Below are positions 1-18,899 of a stretch of 64,000 nucleotides of DNA, in pieces; position 1 is the stretch's first letter, and every line of letters starts with the position of its first letter. The stretch lies in the NCBI RefSeq assembly GCF_009914755.1, contig NC_060938.1; one strand, 5' to 3'. The notes under the pieces were generated by a model. The model had not been told where the DNA came from. It did not search any database and worked only from the letters and a program-made list of their open reading frames with translations. A program made the translations under genes and the position numbers. Origin of the DNA: the human T2T-CHM13v2.0 reference genome, Homo sapiens.

Positions 1-2250
<2,250 letters not shown>

Positions 2251-2313
2251 TATGATGTTAGCTGGTGATTTTGCTCGTTAGTTGATGCAGTTTCTTCCTA
2301 GTCTTGATGGTCT

Positions 2314-3330
2314 TTACATTTTGGCATGATTTTGCAGCCGCTGGTACCGGTTGTTCCTTTCCATGTTTAGTGCTTCCTTCAGGAGCTCTTTTAGGCAGGC
2401 CTGGTGGTGACAAAATCTCTCAGCATTTGCTTGTCTGTAAAGGATTTTATTTCTCCTTCACTTATGAAGCTTTGTTTGGCTGGATATGAAATTCTGGGTT
2501 GAAAATTCTTGTCTTTAAGAGTGTTGAATATTGGCCCCCACTCTCTTCTGGCTTGTAGGGTTTCTGCCGAGAGATCTGCTGTTAGTCTGATGGGTTTCCC
2601 TTTGAGGGTAACCCGACCTTTCTCTCTGGCTGCCCTTAACATTTTTTCCTTCATTTCAACTTTGGTGAATCTGACAATTATGTGTCTTGGAGTTGCTCTT
2701 CTCGAGGAGTATCTTTGTGGCGTTTTCTGTATTTCCTGAATCTGAACGTTGGCCTGCCTTGCTAGATTGGGGAAGTTCTCCTGGATAATATCCTGCAGAG
2801 TGTTTTCCAACTTGGTTCCATTCTCCCCATCACTTTCAGGTACACCAATCAGACGTAGATTTGGTCTTTTCACATAGTCCCATATTTCTTGGAGGCTTTG
2901 CTCGTTTCTTCTTATTCTTTTTTCTCTAAACTTCCCTTCTCGCTTCATTTCATTCATTTCATCTTCCATTGCTGATACCCTTTCTTCCAGTTGATCGCAT
3001 CGGCTCCTGAGGCTTCTGCATTCTTCACGTAGTTCTCGAGCCTTGGTTTTCAGCTCCATCAGCTCCTTTAAGCACTTCTCTGTATTGGTTATTCTAGTTA
3101 TACATTCTTCTAAATTTTTCTCAACGTTTTCAACTTCTTTGCCTTTGGTTTGAATGTCCTCCCGTAGCTCAGAGTAATTTGATCGTCTGAAGCCTTCTTC
3201 TCTCAGCTTGTCAAAGTCATTCTCCATCCAGCTTTGTTCTGTTGCTGGTGAGGAACTGCGTTCCTTTGGAGGAGGAGAGGCACTCTGGGTTTTAGAGTTT
3301 CCAGTTTTTCTGTTCTATTTTTTTCCCCAT
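2314..3330 (-). pseudogene. L1 ORF1 (RNA-binding/coiled-coil protein), disrupted
   Basis: ATG at 3330 is followed by an A7 run (consensus A6) and TAG. A 278-aa open segment spans 2391-3227. A 1-bp loss near 2393 gives RPA* instead of RPALKELL. The native stop is at 2314-2316. Confidence 0.93.
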
Positions 3331-4230
3331 CTTTGTGGTTTTATCTACTTTTGGTCTTTGATGATGGTGATGTACAGATGGGTTTTTGGTGCGGATGTCC
3401 TTTCTGTTTGTGAGTTTTCCTTCTAACAGACAGGACCCTCAGCTGCAGGTCTGTTGGAATATCCTGCTGTGTGAGGTGTCGGTGTGCCCCTGCTGGGGGG
3501 TGCCTCCCAGTTAGGCTGCTCAGGGGTCAGGGGTCCAGGATCCACTTGAGGAGGCAGTCTGCCCATTCTCAGATCTCCAGCTGCGTGCTGGGAGAACCAC
3601 TGCTCTCTTCAAAGCTGTCAGACAGGGACATTTAAGTCTGCAGAGGTTACGGCTGTCTTTTTGTTTGTCTGTGCCCTGCCCCCAGAGGTGGAGCCTACAG
3701 AGGCAGGCAGGCCTCCTTGAGCTGTGGTGGGCTCCATCCAGTTCGAGCTTCCCGGCTGCTTTGTTTATCTAAGCAAGCCTGAGCAATGGCAGGCGTCCCT
3801 CCCCCAGCCTCACTGCCGCCTTGCAGTTTGATCTCAGACTGCTGTGCTAGCAATCAGCGAGACTCCTTGGGCGTAAGACCCTCCGAGCGAGGTGCGGGAT
3901 ATAATCTCGTGGTGTGCCATTTTTTACGCCGGTCCGAAAAGGGCAATATTCGGGTGGGAGTGACCCAATTTTCCAGGTGCGTCCATCACCCCTTTCTTTG
4001 ACTCGGAAAGGGAACTCCCTGACCCCTTGCGCTTCCCAAGTGAGGCGATGCCTCACCCTGCTTCGGCTCGCGCACGGTGCATGAACCCACTGACCTGCGC
4101 CCACTGTCTGGCACTCCCTAGTGAGATGAACCCGGTACCTCAGATGGAAATGCAGAAATCACCTGTCTTCTGCATCGCTCACGCTGGGAGCTGTAGACAG
4201 GAGCTGTTCCTATGGCTTCAGCATCTTGGT
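3331..4230. promoter_or_regulatory. L1 5'UTR with internal sense promoter (minus strand) and antisense promoter (plus strand)
   Basis: GC-rich L1 5'UTR with partial CpG decay. The bidirectional promoter is established for L1PA elements. Confidence 0.7.
3786..4001 (+). CDS. ORF0: L1 ORF0, primate antisense ORF of the L1 5'UTR, intact at 71 aa
   Basis: MAGVPPPASLPPCSLISDCCASNQRDS...SRCVHHPFL matches the known ORF0 length and N-terminus. Kozak context is gcaATGG. Expression cannot be judged from sequence. Confidence 0.75.
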   Translation: MAGVPPPASLPPCSLISDCCASNQRDSLGVRPSERGAGYNLVVCHFLRRSEKGNIRVGVTQFSRCVHHPFL

Positions 4231-5074
4231 TTAAGTTAATATTTGAAAACATCAGTAACTTTCTACCTCCCTTATTTTTCTAATAAAATTGAAATAAAAG
4301 TTATTGAAACATTTCTGGTGTTTCTATAAGTAAAATTCTTGTATAGTATGTTTAAACACAATATTTTAAAAACTGAACAGCATCTTTAATACAGGAAGAA
4401 ATATCTGGGCTTTAATATGTGAATATGGCGTATTGTGAATTTCTAAAGAGAGTTGTTATAGGCATTACCTCAACATTATTTGACCCTAAACCATCTGTGG
4501 GGCAGGAGCTCTACAGTAGATAATTTGGGAAAAATGCTCTATCCTAAACTTAACCCAGTTTTGTGTGTTTTCTACTGGAGATGATAAAATAAGTTATTGA
4601 AAATAAAATGCGTGATGTATGGTATTTTTTAAAGTATTTGTCACATTTCACTATTATATAAAATCAAAAATATTTTTTATTCTGTACTTCAATAAGACCT
4701 AGTTACAGCATATTAAATTCACAATATAATAATGAAACAATGCAAGCAGAGTAAATTCTTAATCTATTACTGACATCATTTAAATGTTTTATTGTTCTTT
4801 ATATTGTTTTTATCTATTTCTATTTGTCTTTCTATTCATTATAGATCGTAATAACTATTTTTATTCAGAATACTATTAAGATTGTTTCTAATTGTATACC
4901 TAATTAATTAGAGAACCTTGCAAAGAACGGTTATTTGCCTCTTTAAAAATTAAGGAAATTGACAGATATAGGGGAATTACATACTAATGAAAACAAAAAA
5001 TTAATGCAACCAAAGAGCATACTATTTATTTTGTCAAGGTATGTTTTTGGGACAACTACTTTATTAGGTAGTTA

Positions 5075-5420
<346 letters not shown>

Positions 5421-6449
5421 TCGATTAATTGATTAATCCACTGTAACAGATTATTCTCCCACATTTGCCAAACATACTTCTAGTCAATATGTAGACTATT
5501 TCCCATTTTGTTGTTGAAAGAACATCCTGTTTAAACACTTCCATATTAGATGCTGGAGCAACATGCAGATACACTGTTTTGGATTCTCAGATGTACTGTT
5601 GTTTCAAATAAAAGTCAATTTATTTGCAGATTTCCAACTGGAGGACAAATAATGAATATATATATGTATATAATGTTTAGTATTTGGTGTGTGCAGTATT
5701 TACCCATGCTTTTTGTTACTGACACATAGTTTACTTCTAATCCAGAGACATTTGACTATTGTAAATTAAAACCTATTCAACAATGTGCATTGGAGCAGAT
5801 ATAGAAGAAAAATTTATTCCTCCATGTGGAGATTCTGCCTCAGTACAATGAATATAAATATGCCAATGGCCTGAAGACATCCTGCCAAAGAGACTGTTTT
5901 GTTCAGTCTTCTTACTGGAAATCAGCACGAACTCTTGTGGCTATTCAGGATTATTTTTCCCACTTTATTTTTCTACATTCTAATTTAAGTATTGCCAACA
6001 TTTGATTTTTTTCTTTGAGAATCGATACTGTATACTTTTCATTTAATAATTTCATGTGTCACTGAAAAAAATTGAATTAGCAAATGAACACAAGTAAAAC
6101 ATATTAAATAATTATGAAACATATAGTTATTTAAAATTTTTAATGCCACTCTTCTTCTTGTAAATGAATGGAAGTTTTATGATCTGCATTTTCCTTGCTT
6201 CATGGTTGCACTACAAATTTTTAAAGATATCATTTATTGAAGAAACCACATCATTAAGCAAGTGCACAAAAACCACCGGGGAAAAGATTGGTTCTTAAGT
6301 TTCCAGAGTACATTGATATCAATTATTAAATGGTACTAGGCTAAACCACAAGTCTAATTAAAGATAATACATTGAAAAATTAAGTCATTTTTAACCTGAT
6401 ATTCTATAAGGGCAAAATAATCACAGAAATTTATGTAATGTCTTATATA

Positions 6450-9345
<2,896 letters not shown>

Positions 9346-10389
9346 ATATAAATCATTGCAGTGCATTATTGCTTTATTGATATCATGGAATTATCATAGA
9401 TATATAAGCATACAAATAAAATGATTTCAAAAGTATGAACTTAAATAATTATGTATTTCTCATACAATTGTAATTAAATATAAATGCTTTATACTTAGCT
9501 GTGAGAAAACATACCTCTGGAATTAAAATTAGGGAGAAAACTGGTAGTATATTTAATTGTAAATTCCTATCTAAGTATCTAAAAACACATTTCAGTTTAG
9601 CATTTTATGGCTAGGTAACAAATTTCTAATTGATTTAGCTGAAACTTTACACTGTCTATGTAGCACAGGTAAAAAAACCTTCAGGGCAATATTCCCTAGA
9701 GTTCAAGTGGCTTTATACCATTATTATGACATATATCAAGGTTTTCTGTATGTGGTTAGATACATTTTGTCCACCACAGAATACTCTGAAGAAACAAAAA
9801 TGAAATGAGAATATTCACTACATAAGTATGTTCTATAACATCATGAATTTTAAGTACCTTAAGCATTGTCAAAAGGAATGTGTCTCACTCAACTACAATT
9901 AATTCTCTATATTCACACAAATAACTACAGTATATTTTCTAAATTTTTCTGCCAAATTAATAGAAATACTCCTGATATCAAGTAGACACTTGATTTCCAC
10001 AGGCTACAGATTACTTAAAAATTAACTTATTGTCCATCACATTTAAATGAAACTGAATCAAAATATCACATCTAAATCAAATTATACTTTGGTCCAAAAC
10101 TTGCTTCTTTACCTCTCCTTATTTAGAATCTACAATGGGCCTTTTTTGTTGGTTTTGTTTTTTGTTTTCCTCTCTCATGTTGGTGTCTCTAATTATTCTA
10201 TACTCTAAACTACTTTCATTGGCATTCTCTCCAATCTCTTGTATTGATCTCTCCTTCATATGTAAATAAACAAATTGTATGTCTCCATCTCTGACCTTTC
10301 TTCTGGTCCTATTTTTCATTTTCAGAAACTGCTAGACAATATGGCAGATGTATCACAAATCAGATTCAAAATTAAATATTAGAACACTT

Positions 10390-10720
10390 GTAAAGATGGC
10401 CAAATAGGCATGGCCAAGAAGAGCTTCTCCCACAAAGAGAGAACAACATATGAAGTACACCAGCATTTCCAAACAGATCCTCTGAGAGAATCAACTGAGG
10501 GTGGATAGAAAGATGGTGCAGACACCAGGGCTGAAGGACTGAAGGGGAGGAGGCTGGACACCAACCACGGGGTCACCAAGTGCTAAATAGATTCCTGGTC
10601 GTGAATGGCTCCTAGGGCAGGGGTGAGTGAAATAACTGTAGAGTGGCCCACTCTCTCTCTATGTATCTCCAGAATCCCAGCTATTGTAAAACCCACAACC
10701 CCATGGATATTTGAGACGGC
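10390..10720 (+). mobile_element. Probable orphan 5'UTR fragment of an old L1 (L1PB/L1M-type)
   Basis: Begins AAGATGGCCAAATAGG, a YY1-type L1 5' terminus, then continues as GC-richer L1-5'UTR-like sequence. Confidence 0.55.
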
Positions 10721-11664
10721 AGTATTGCACATCAGGCTAGTTTCATGTGATTTGGACTGATTATTTGCATAAGTGCCACAAGAACATTGATTAATCTTAT
10801 ACAGCTCTTTAGGCTGTTTTTCAGATCTAGTCTTAGAGTATTAAACAATTAATAGGACCACAAAACTAACTTCTGTCTGGAGGTTTTCATAAATAATCTC
10901 AATTTGGGTTTATTAAAATTATGTATAAGCCAACCAGAACAATAATTTCTTTATGATTATATTTATGAATACCCTTTGACCAGAGGACAACATTCTATAA
11001 TTACATAATTAGGAGAAGCCATTCTGAATTACAGACACACACACAGACAATTTCAATGCTACAATTTTAGTCACAGATCAAAAGATGCAAGGTATAAAAA
11101 CTTATTTGTCCTGATATCGTAGAGCAGTTTCACTTCTTAATATGTGCTCAAAATAGACAAATATACAAGTAATCAATTACTAACGACAAAACAAACAACC
11201 CAAATTCTCTGTCATCTCTCACCCAACAGAGAATAAAACTCTATAATTCATTAGTCCATTTATAGATTGCCAAATGGTCAGACCATAAAATCAAATTCAT
11301 AATCAATGCTGTCAACACTGGAGAATGGCTTATCATATATGAGCAGAACAGAAACAAAAACAAAATCTGCAGAAGGAAAAAGAACTAGAGAAACCAAGAA
11401 GCAGCAAAGGTAAAGTTCTATTGGTACTTGAACTCATTTGTGGAAGCCCAGAAAAATTATGACTGATGAACTGCACATGTGGTATACTTCTCCAGCAAGC
11501 CAGTTTCCTTGGCCTTTCAGGCAAATCCACTGGGCATCTCAGTTAATATCACTCAAAATTGTTACATAATCTTTTAAAAGTTATTATTAAATAATAGTAA
11601 TATTTTACTTATATATTATTTATAAAATTGAGTATTTAATAGTTTATTATTTATTAAAATATAA

Positions 11665-12222
11665 TTATTTTATTTATTTATAATTTTTGTGAGTACATAG
11701 TAGGTGTATATATTTATGGGGTGCATGATATGTTTTGATACAGGCACGCAGTGTGATATAATCACTATGGAAAATGGAGTATCCTTCCCCTCATGCATCT
11801 ATCCTTTGAGCTACAATCTAATTACATTATTTAAATTATTTTAAAATATACAATTATCTGATTCTGCTGAAAGAGCACTTATAAGATAAAAAAAGTACAG
11901 TTTTTACTGAATATAGTCATCCTATTTTGCTGTCAAATAGTAGGTCTTAATCACTGTTTTTAACTACTATTTTTGTAGCCATTAACCATTTTCACCTTCC
12001 CCCTAGGCCCCTAATACCCTTCCCACATTCTGGTGACCATCCTTCTACCCTCTATGTCCATGAGTTCAATTGTTTTGCTTTTTAGATCCCGCAAATAAGT
12101 GAGAACATGCAATGCTTGTCTTTCTGTGCCTGACTTATTTCACTTAACATAATGTCCTCCAGTTCCATCCATGTTGTTGTAAATGGCTGGATCTCATTCT
12201 TTTTTATGCCTGAATAGTACCT
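11665..12222 (-). mobile_element. L1MA 3' end
   Basis: GAGTACATAGTAGGTGTATATATTTATGGGG...ATAAGTGAGAACATGCAATG...TCCAGTTCCATCCATGTTG. Confidence 0.88.
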
Positions 12223-14035
12223 TTAATAAAAAATTTTGAAAGAAGGTAATGCTATGACTTTCATAAAAATACAAGTGAATTTTAAAATAGAAGTAAAAAC
12301 TAATAAAACTGTTCAATAACCACAAGACAATAATTAATTACATTCTAACACAAAATTTACACGTTGATGGAGAAAATAACTTACACTATTTCAAGTTGTC
12401 TACAATATGTAGAGTTGTAAAATATCTCAAATATAATAAAAGGTGCAAAGCCCTTGTAGAATCAGATACCCAAGAAATTAAGATACCTAGTAATTAAGAT
12501 ATCTAGTAAGGCTTTCGAATTTTTCTTTCTTATAATGGCAACTAAAATACCTTCAAATTGGAAGGTCTTCTCACCCTCGTCGTTTCAACACAGAATTATT
12601 TCAATATGGGATTATCCACACCCTTAATATCTCAAGGTTTGGTTTTTCCTTGGTCAGTAGAGATTTTAAATCATTTTTGAAAGTGCTTTATTAATCTTAT
12701 CCCATATGCTTATATGGATAAGAAACCTGTTAATGTTCTCACAATTTAATCCTTTCCTTCCCTAGTTTCCAGTTAATAGTGTAATATTCTCACTAATATT
12801 GCATATTCCTAGTTATAAATTGATAAAGTGAAAATCCCCTCCCTCTCTCTCTCTTTCTTTTACCTACAAACACTCAAACACAATAATCTAGAAGTGTACA
12901 TTCTAGCATATTAACTGGAGTCATCTATTAGAGTTATGTTGCATGATGTACGTTTTTCTCCTTTACACTCATGTTTTCAAAAATGTTTACAATAAAAGTA
13001 GCACGTTTTGTTTTTTAAAAATGATTAAAACATTAAATTTTATTAAACAAAAAAGAAATGCTAAAAAATAAGACCTGTGTAAAATTTTAAAAATAATCAT
13101 TGCTAATTTGTAGAAAATTATGTCTATTATCTATTACTATTATATATGAATATTTCACTTTCTGTAGAAGGTTAAGATGCAAAGCATGTGAGGCATTTGC
13201 TTTCTCATTGCTTTTATATTTCTTTGTGAGAAGTTGGTTTCACTAGTATCCCAAATGTCATGGTTATATATTTTAATAATTCTTCTTTATTAAATTTAAT
13301 TTTCCAAATATATAGACTTCTAAAAAATCTCCCTCTCCTGGCTTAGGGTCAGCCCCATATCTAGAATTAAAAACACTTGCTCAATAAATGAATGCTAATT
13401 TATTTAATGACAAATGGAATTCATATAATAGTAAGAATAATAACAATAGCAATAATACATCTCTTAAAAGATATTCTTCATATCATAGGGTTTTTGACTC
13501 AGTGATATGTTCTCCAAATGTGCCCAGAGTGAAAGTAAATCTTTCTGTTGTATCACTTAAATCCTGTGAAGAAAATGAAGTGGGTTTTTTTTTTTTTGCA
13601 TTTCGTTATAATAAAGTGTGCTGGAATTTGTATTATGAAACATAGTTTTGAGTTGTATTTCTGACTCTACCTGATGTCCTATTATTAATCTACAGGGAAA
13701 ATTTATATTCTCTAATATTAGTCAGCTGAATGAAGAGTATTTTAAGTGGTATTTGATATGTTTTATAAGACAAATGTTTACCTTTTTTCACTTATTTTAA
13801 AAATGCCTTCAAAGTTAGCTTCTTCTCTAAGATTAACAGATATGTTTAAAATAAATAATAATGCTGAAAAGAGGTGATTTTGGTGGTAAGATAATACAGA
13901 AAGCAAGTAGGAAACTATTAGTTATCCTGTTTCCTTCTAGTCTTCAGTAGAAAGAGGAAAGAAAATTATTTGTTTAAAATGTTATAGAGTAATTTTATAT
14001 CAAAATAAAGCATTCAAATGAATATATTTCACTTT

Positions 14036-14855
14036 GCAGCCAATAAACATATAAAAATACTTGACAACAGTAATTATCAGAAAAATTAAAATGAAAACCC
14101 CAGTGAGACACCATATTATACCAGTCAAAATGGCTACTGTTAAAAAGTCAAAAAACAACAGATGTTGTTGAGGATGAGGAGAAAAGGGAAAGCTTATACA
14201 CTTTTGGGGGAAATGCAAATGCAAACCTTTATGTTAAACAATATGAAGATTTCTCAAAGAACTAAATATAAAACTAGCTTTGTATCTAGCAATCTCACAA
14301 CTGGCTATCTGTTCAGAAGAAAATAAATAATTATATAAAATAGAAATCTGCACTCATATGTTTATGGGAGCACTATTCATAATAGCAGTCATGAAATCAA
14401 CCTATGTTTCCTGCAATGGATGATTAAATAAACTATGGTATACATATATGTATACACATATGGTATACATCATATGTGTATACACATATGATGCAATACT
14501 ACTCAGCCACAAAGAAGAAAATTATATCTTTTGCAGAGACATAAATGGAACTGGGTGCCATTATACTAAGTGAAATAGCTCAGAAACACAACGTCAAATA
14601 CTGCATGTTTTCACTTATAAGTGTTAGCTAAACAATGGGTACCCATGGACAGTGTAGAGTAGTAGACATTGGAGATACCAAAAGCTTGGAGGGCTGGAGG
14701 AGGGATAGGGTTGAAAAAATACCTTATTGGGTACAATGTTCACTATTTGAGTGATGGGTACACTAAATGTCCAGACTTCACCACTATGCAATATATCCAA
14801 GTAACAAGACTACATTTGTACTCCCTAAATCTGTTTAAATATTGAGAAAAAATAA
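14036..14855 (+). mobile_element. L1MA 3' portion (end of ORF2 and 3'UTR)
   Basis: CCAGTCAAAATGGCTACTGTTAAAAAGTCAAAAAACAACAGATG...CACTAAATGTCCAGACTTCACCACTATGCAATATATCC followed by an A-rich tail. Confidence 0.88.
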
Positions 14856-15399
14856 TTTTAATGTTATGTTGCAATTTTTTGAAATGTATTCCACAAATTC
14901 ATAAAACCTTAATGATTCAGTTAAATACATTGGTAATATTAACAGTAAAATTCCATGAAAATTAGACAATTCTGCTTTAAGGTAACATAAAATCACTTTA
15001 AACACTGTTTAATTATAATATTTTTGCTTTCAACCATACAAATTTTTAAAAGAACATGTTGAAAATATACAAAGAATATTTAATAAATATCAAAATTTAG
15101 ATTAATCAATATTAAAATAAAAAGTGTAAAGTGTTATTGCAAGGCAATCTAAAAATACAAAATAAATCAATAAATAATTGAGAAATTACCTAATTTAGGA
15201 TATCTCATTCTATTCAATATACTCTGATATTAATTGTGACCTTTTTCATATAGTCCCATTCATTGTCAAATGTGGTAGAGCAGGGTAACTAAGTGCATGA
15301 AGTTTTGAATGACATTCTGTCTATGACTTGTATTTTTATTGGTGGTGGGGGGAGAGAAAAAATAGATAAATTAATAATCAATTAATAAAACTTAGAAAT

Positions 15400-15560
15400 A
15401 AGAAAGTAAGAGCATAGGCTATAGAGCCACCAGCTTGTGTGGATTCAGACCTTAGTTTAGCTAGTGATTAATCATGTCTAACAAAGTTATATAACTTTTA
15501 AGTGCCTCATTTTTTAAATTTTATAATGAGAACAATTAAAGTATCCAATTCATAGGTTCT
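15400..15560 (+). mobile_element. MIR fragment
   Basis: Degenerate MIR core: AAGAGCATAGGCT...AAGTTA...GTGCCTCATTTTT...ATAATGAG...TCATAGG. Confidence 0.55.
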
Positions 15561-17300
15561 TTAGTTTCCAAAGAACTAAAAGGACTTTCCTTTTCCAAAA
15601 AGGATATTTCATGGAAATGTCTTTCTAATCATATAAATGATTAAAAAAAGAAACTGTTGCTCATAGTGTTAGGATTAGTGGATGAACTATCTAATCTAAT
15701 TGTGATGGGGAGAGAGTGAACATAGATTTTAGCCAAAAAACTTTACGCATTGTTAAATATATACTGATAATATATTAAGAGGATTAAATGTGAATACAGC
15801 TTACCAATGAAATTTATGATTTGATTAGACATTCTTGATCAAACTGCCTATGAACAGTCCTGTGACCTGAAACTATAGGACAAATTTCCTATGGAGAAAA
15901 AAAATTCTATGTCACCATGCATAAGAGATCATGCTGCTTATCAGAGTTCTCATTCCTTTGAAGAAAAGGATTGTCATTTCAAGTGCAGTTTTTCTTGTGT
16001 ACAAACCTAGATTACATTCAATTTGAAGCTCTGCTGTAAATAAATGTATCATTACCAATGGAAGTAAATGCTTTATTAAAATCCAGAAGGCAAAAACAAA
16101 AACAGGAAAAGGAGTGTAATACTAAAGTCTTTGTCTTTACTTTGGCCATCATTTATGCAACACTATTCAATAAAAAACTACCTGGAGTGTCAAACAGACC
16201 ATGTATAAACAGTGCAGAACCTGTGCACAAGAGCTCTTTGATATGCAAACTAAAGCAATGTTTCTTTTTTCTAGAAAGCCAACCCTAACCAAATATGGAG
16301 ATTGGCACATTAAAATGTTCCTTTACTTACAGCATTTTAATTAAAGCAAGTTCAAGGGAAAAATCTCATTTTCACAGGCATCAGTCATCTGTAAAATCCC
16401 TAGCTTTTGCTGAATGCAAATTCATTTTAAAATATACATGCCAAAAGATAGGTAAAGTATAAAATCTTGCCAGTAGTTATAGAGGAATACTCTGTTGGTT
16501 CATGGATGAGCAATTTTAATTTTTTGAATGTATTTTTTAAATTACTAATTTCTCATTTATTTTAATCTAATTTCAGAATTATCAGTGCACAAGTTTATTC
16601 CGTGAATCTCTCCTTCCGTTGCTCAGAAAAAGAATATGACACTGTAGTAAAGGCCACACAGTATTGCCAAAAAAAAAAAAAAAAACTGTAATGAGGAAAA
16701 TGAGGAACAGTTTGATAGAAGCAAAAAAAAAAATAAGAAAAGAAAATATGACTCGGGCAATTCAACTTTTTATGAAATGCAAAGCAAGTATCTTTAATTT
16801 AGCTCAAATGATCTCAATTCATTAAGAAAAATTAAAAAGGCCTTTGCAGAGTCTTAAAAGCACTGCAATACAGAGTGAAATATAAATATATATACAACCA
16901 CTATTCTCTACATTAGAAATTGTAATAAGGCTTCCTAAGGCTGAAGATGTTAAATGATGAGGTTCAAGCCTTGCAGCCTTCAGCATCAGCAAGATTGATC
17001 AGTTAGATAATGCAAATATAAGCATTTTGGTGCCTTTGCACCCTTATTTCAACTGTAACCTTTGCCTAACATATTTTTATCCCTTTTCTTTGTGTCAAAT
17101 TTCATAAAATTCTTCTCACCCTTCAAGGTGCTTGGTAGCCTGTATCAAGCTCCCTACGGGTTGAGTAATATCTTATGAAACCATGTAAACCTATCGACAC
17201 AGTGCCTATAATATTTTAGGTGCTTGCTGTGTGATGGTGGATGAAGGTCCAACTCCAATTTCTTCTTTATTTCTGCACTCCAGAGGTCACTCACACCTGA

Positions 17301-17639
<339 letters not shown>

Positions 17640-18899
17640 TAGTCCAACTTTTCTTAAAAAGACATGGCCGATTGTGTCTGTTCTTAAATTCATTGTAGTA
17701 CTCATCGGATTATACTGTTCTTAGTGGATAAATGATTAAATGATGTGCTAACTATCCTCCTGCTGCAAACGTGTCTGCACTAGATCCTGTGCTACTTGAG
17801 AGGAAGGATGTGCATTAATTAACTTTTAATTCCTGGCATCTGTCACACTACCAGTGCCATGATAAATACCTAGTAAATTTGAAATTAAAAAACGTAGTAG
17901 GAAGAGCTTTTCTACAATAAATAAGTTAAAGAAATAAAATTTAAAGAATAGCATATACATATGTACTTGCATAGGAAGTACATTATTTCCAAGCATCTTA
18001 GAGAAATTTAATGAATAAGTTAAAACAAAATCAATACTTAAATATCTGTGTTTTGTACATTTGTGTCAACCTCAATTCATTAAAAACAGATTACACTGTC
18101 TACATAATCATTAAATAATTATTTATGGGCCAATGAAATATGCTTAAAATATTGTGATCAAAAATCTATATTCAAATATGTATATTTTAAAAGTTTATCT
18201 TGTGTGATTATAATTTCCTATATGATACAGTATACTTAAGATAACTATTGTGTCAATTTAATGGCATTACTTGATTTTAAATGCATATTCAATCTGAAAT
18301 ATCAAATGATAGTTAAAATGAGAAATTATATGACTTTTGCAAGAAATATCACATTTATTTATATGATTATAATAAATATAATTAACTTCAAGTAATATGT
18401 TATTGACCTTTTAAATATTTCCAAATTTATATTAATACTTTAAGTGAAAATGAACATGCTGCCTTTTCTTAATGAATTCCATTGTCCACTTAAATTTTTA
18501 TTTTTCAAATGAAGCCCTATTCAAATATACTGTTGTGAACTTTGGATACATAAAATCTCAATTTTAATAGCCTATGTCTTGTTTCAATGATGTAAACTAA
18601 TTAAAACACAACAAACATACAATGCTTTCTTTACGAAAATGAAATGTAAATTTACAAAGAATTTAAGAGATAATGTGACAAATTAAATAAACCACACTTC
18701 TAAGACATTTTTTGAGAAGTTTTTGAATCACAGCGTTAATAGAAAACACACAGTGTAGTGCTGTTAGTGGAAATAGTATTGAATCACAAATATGTAAAAG
18801 CTGACATTTTATTAGTGTCATTTATATGACATGACAAGATGCCTTACAGAAGATTTGGCATGTCATCAGCCTATAATCACTTTCTGCCATTATCCACTG

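Noticed and set aside
12476-12507. 16-bp tandem duplication AATTAAGATA(C/T)CTAGT
   Set aside because: It has only two imperfect copies, consistent with ordinary slippage, and is not an array.
16669-16745. Two poly(A) runs suggesting a processed-pseudogene tail
   Set aside because: There is no TSD, no upstream ORF and no identifiable mRNA body.
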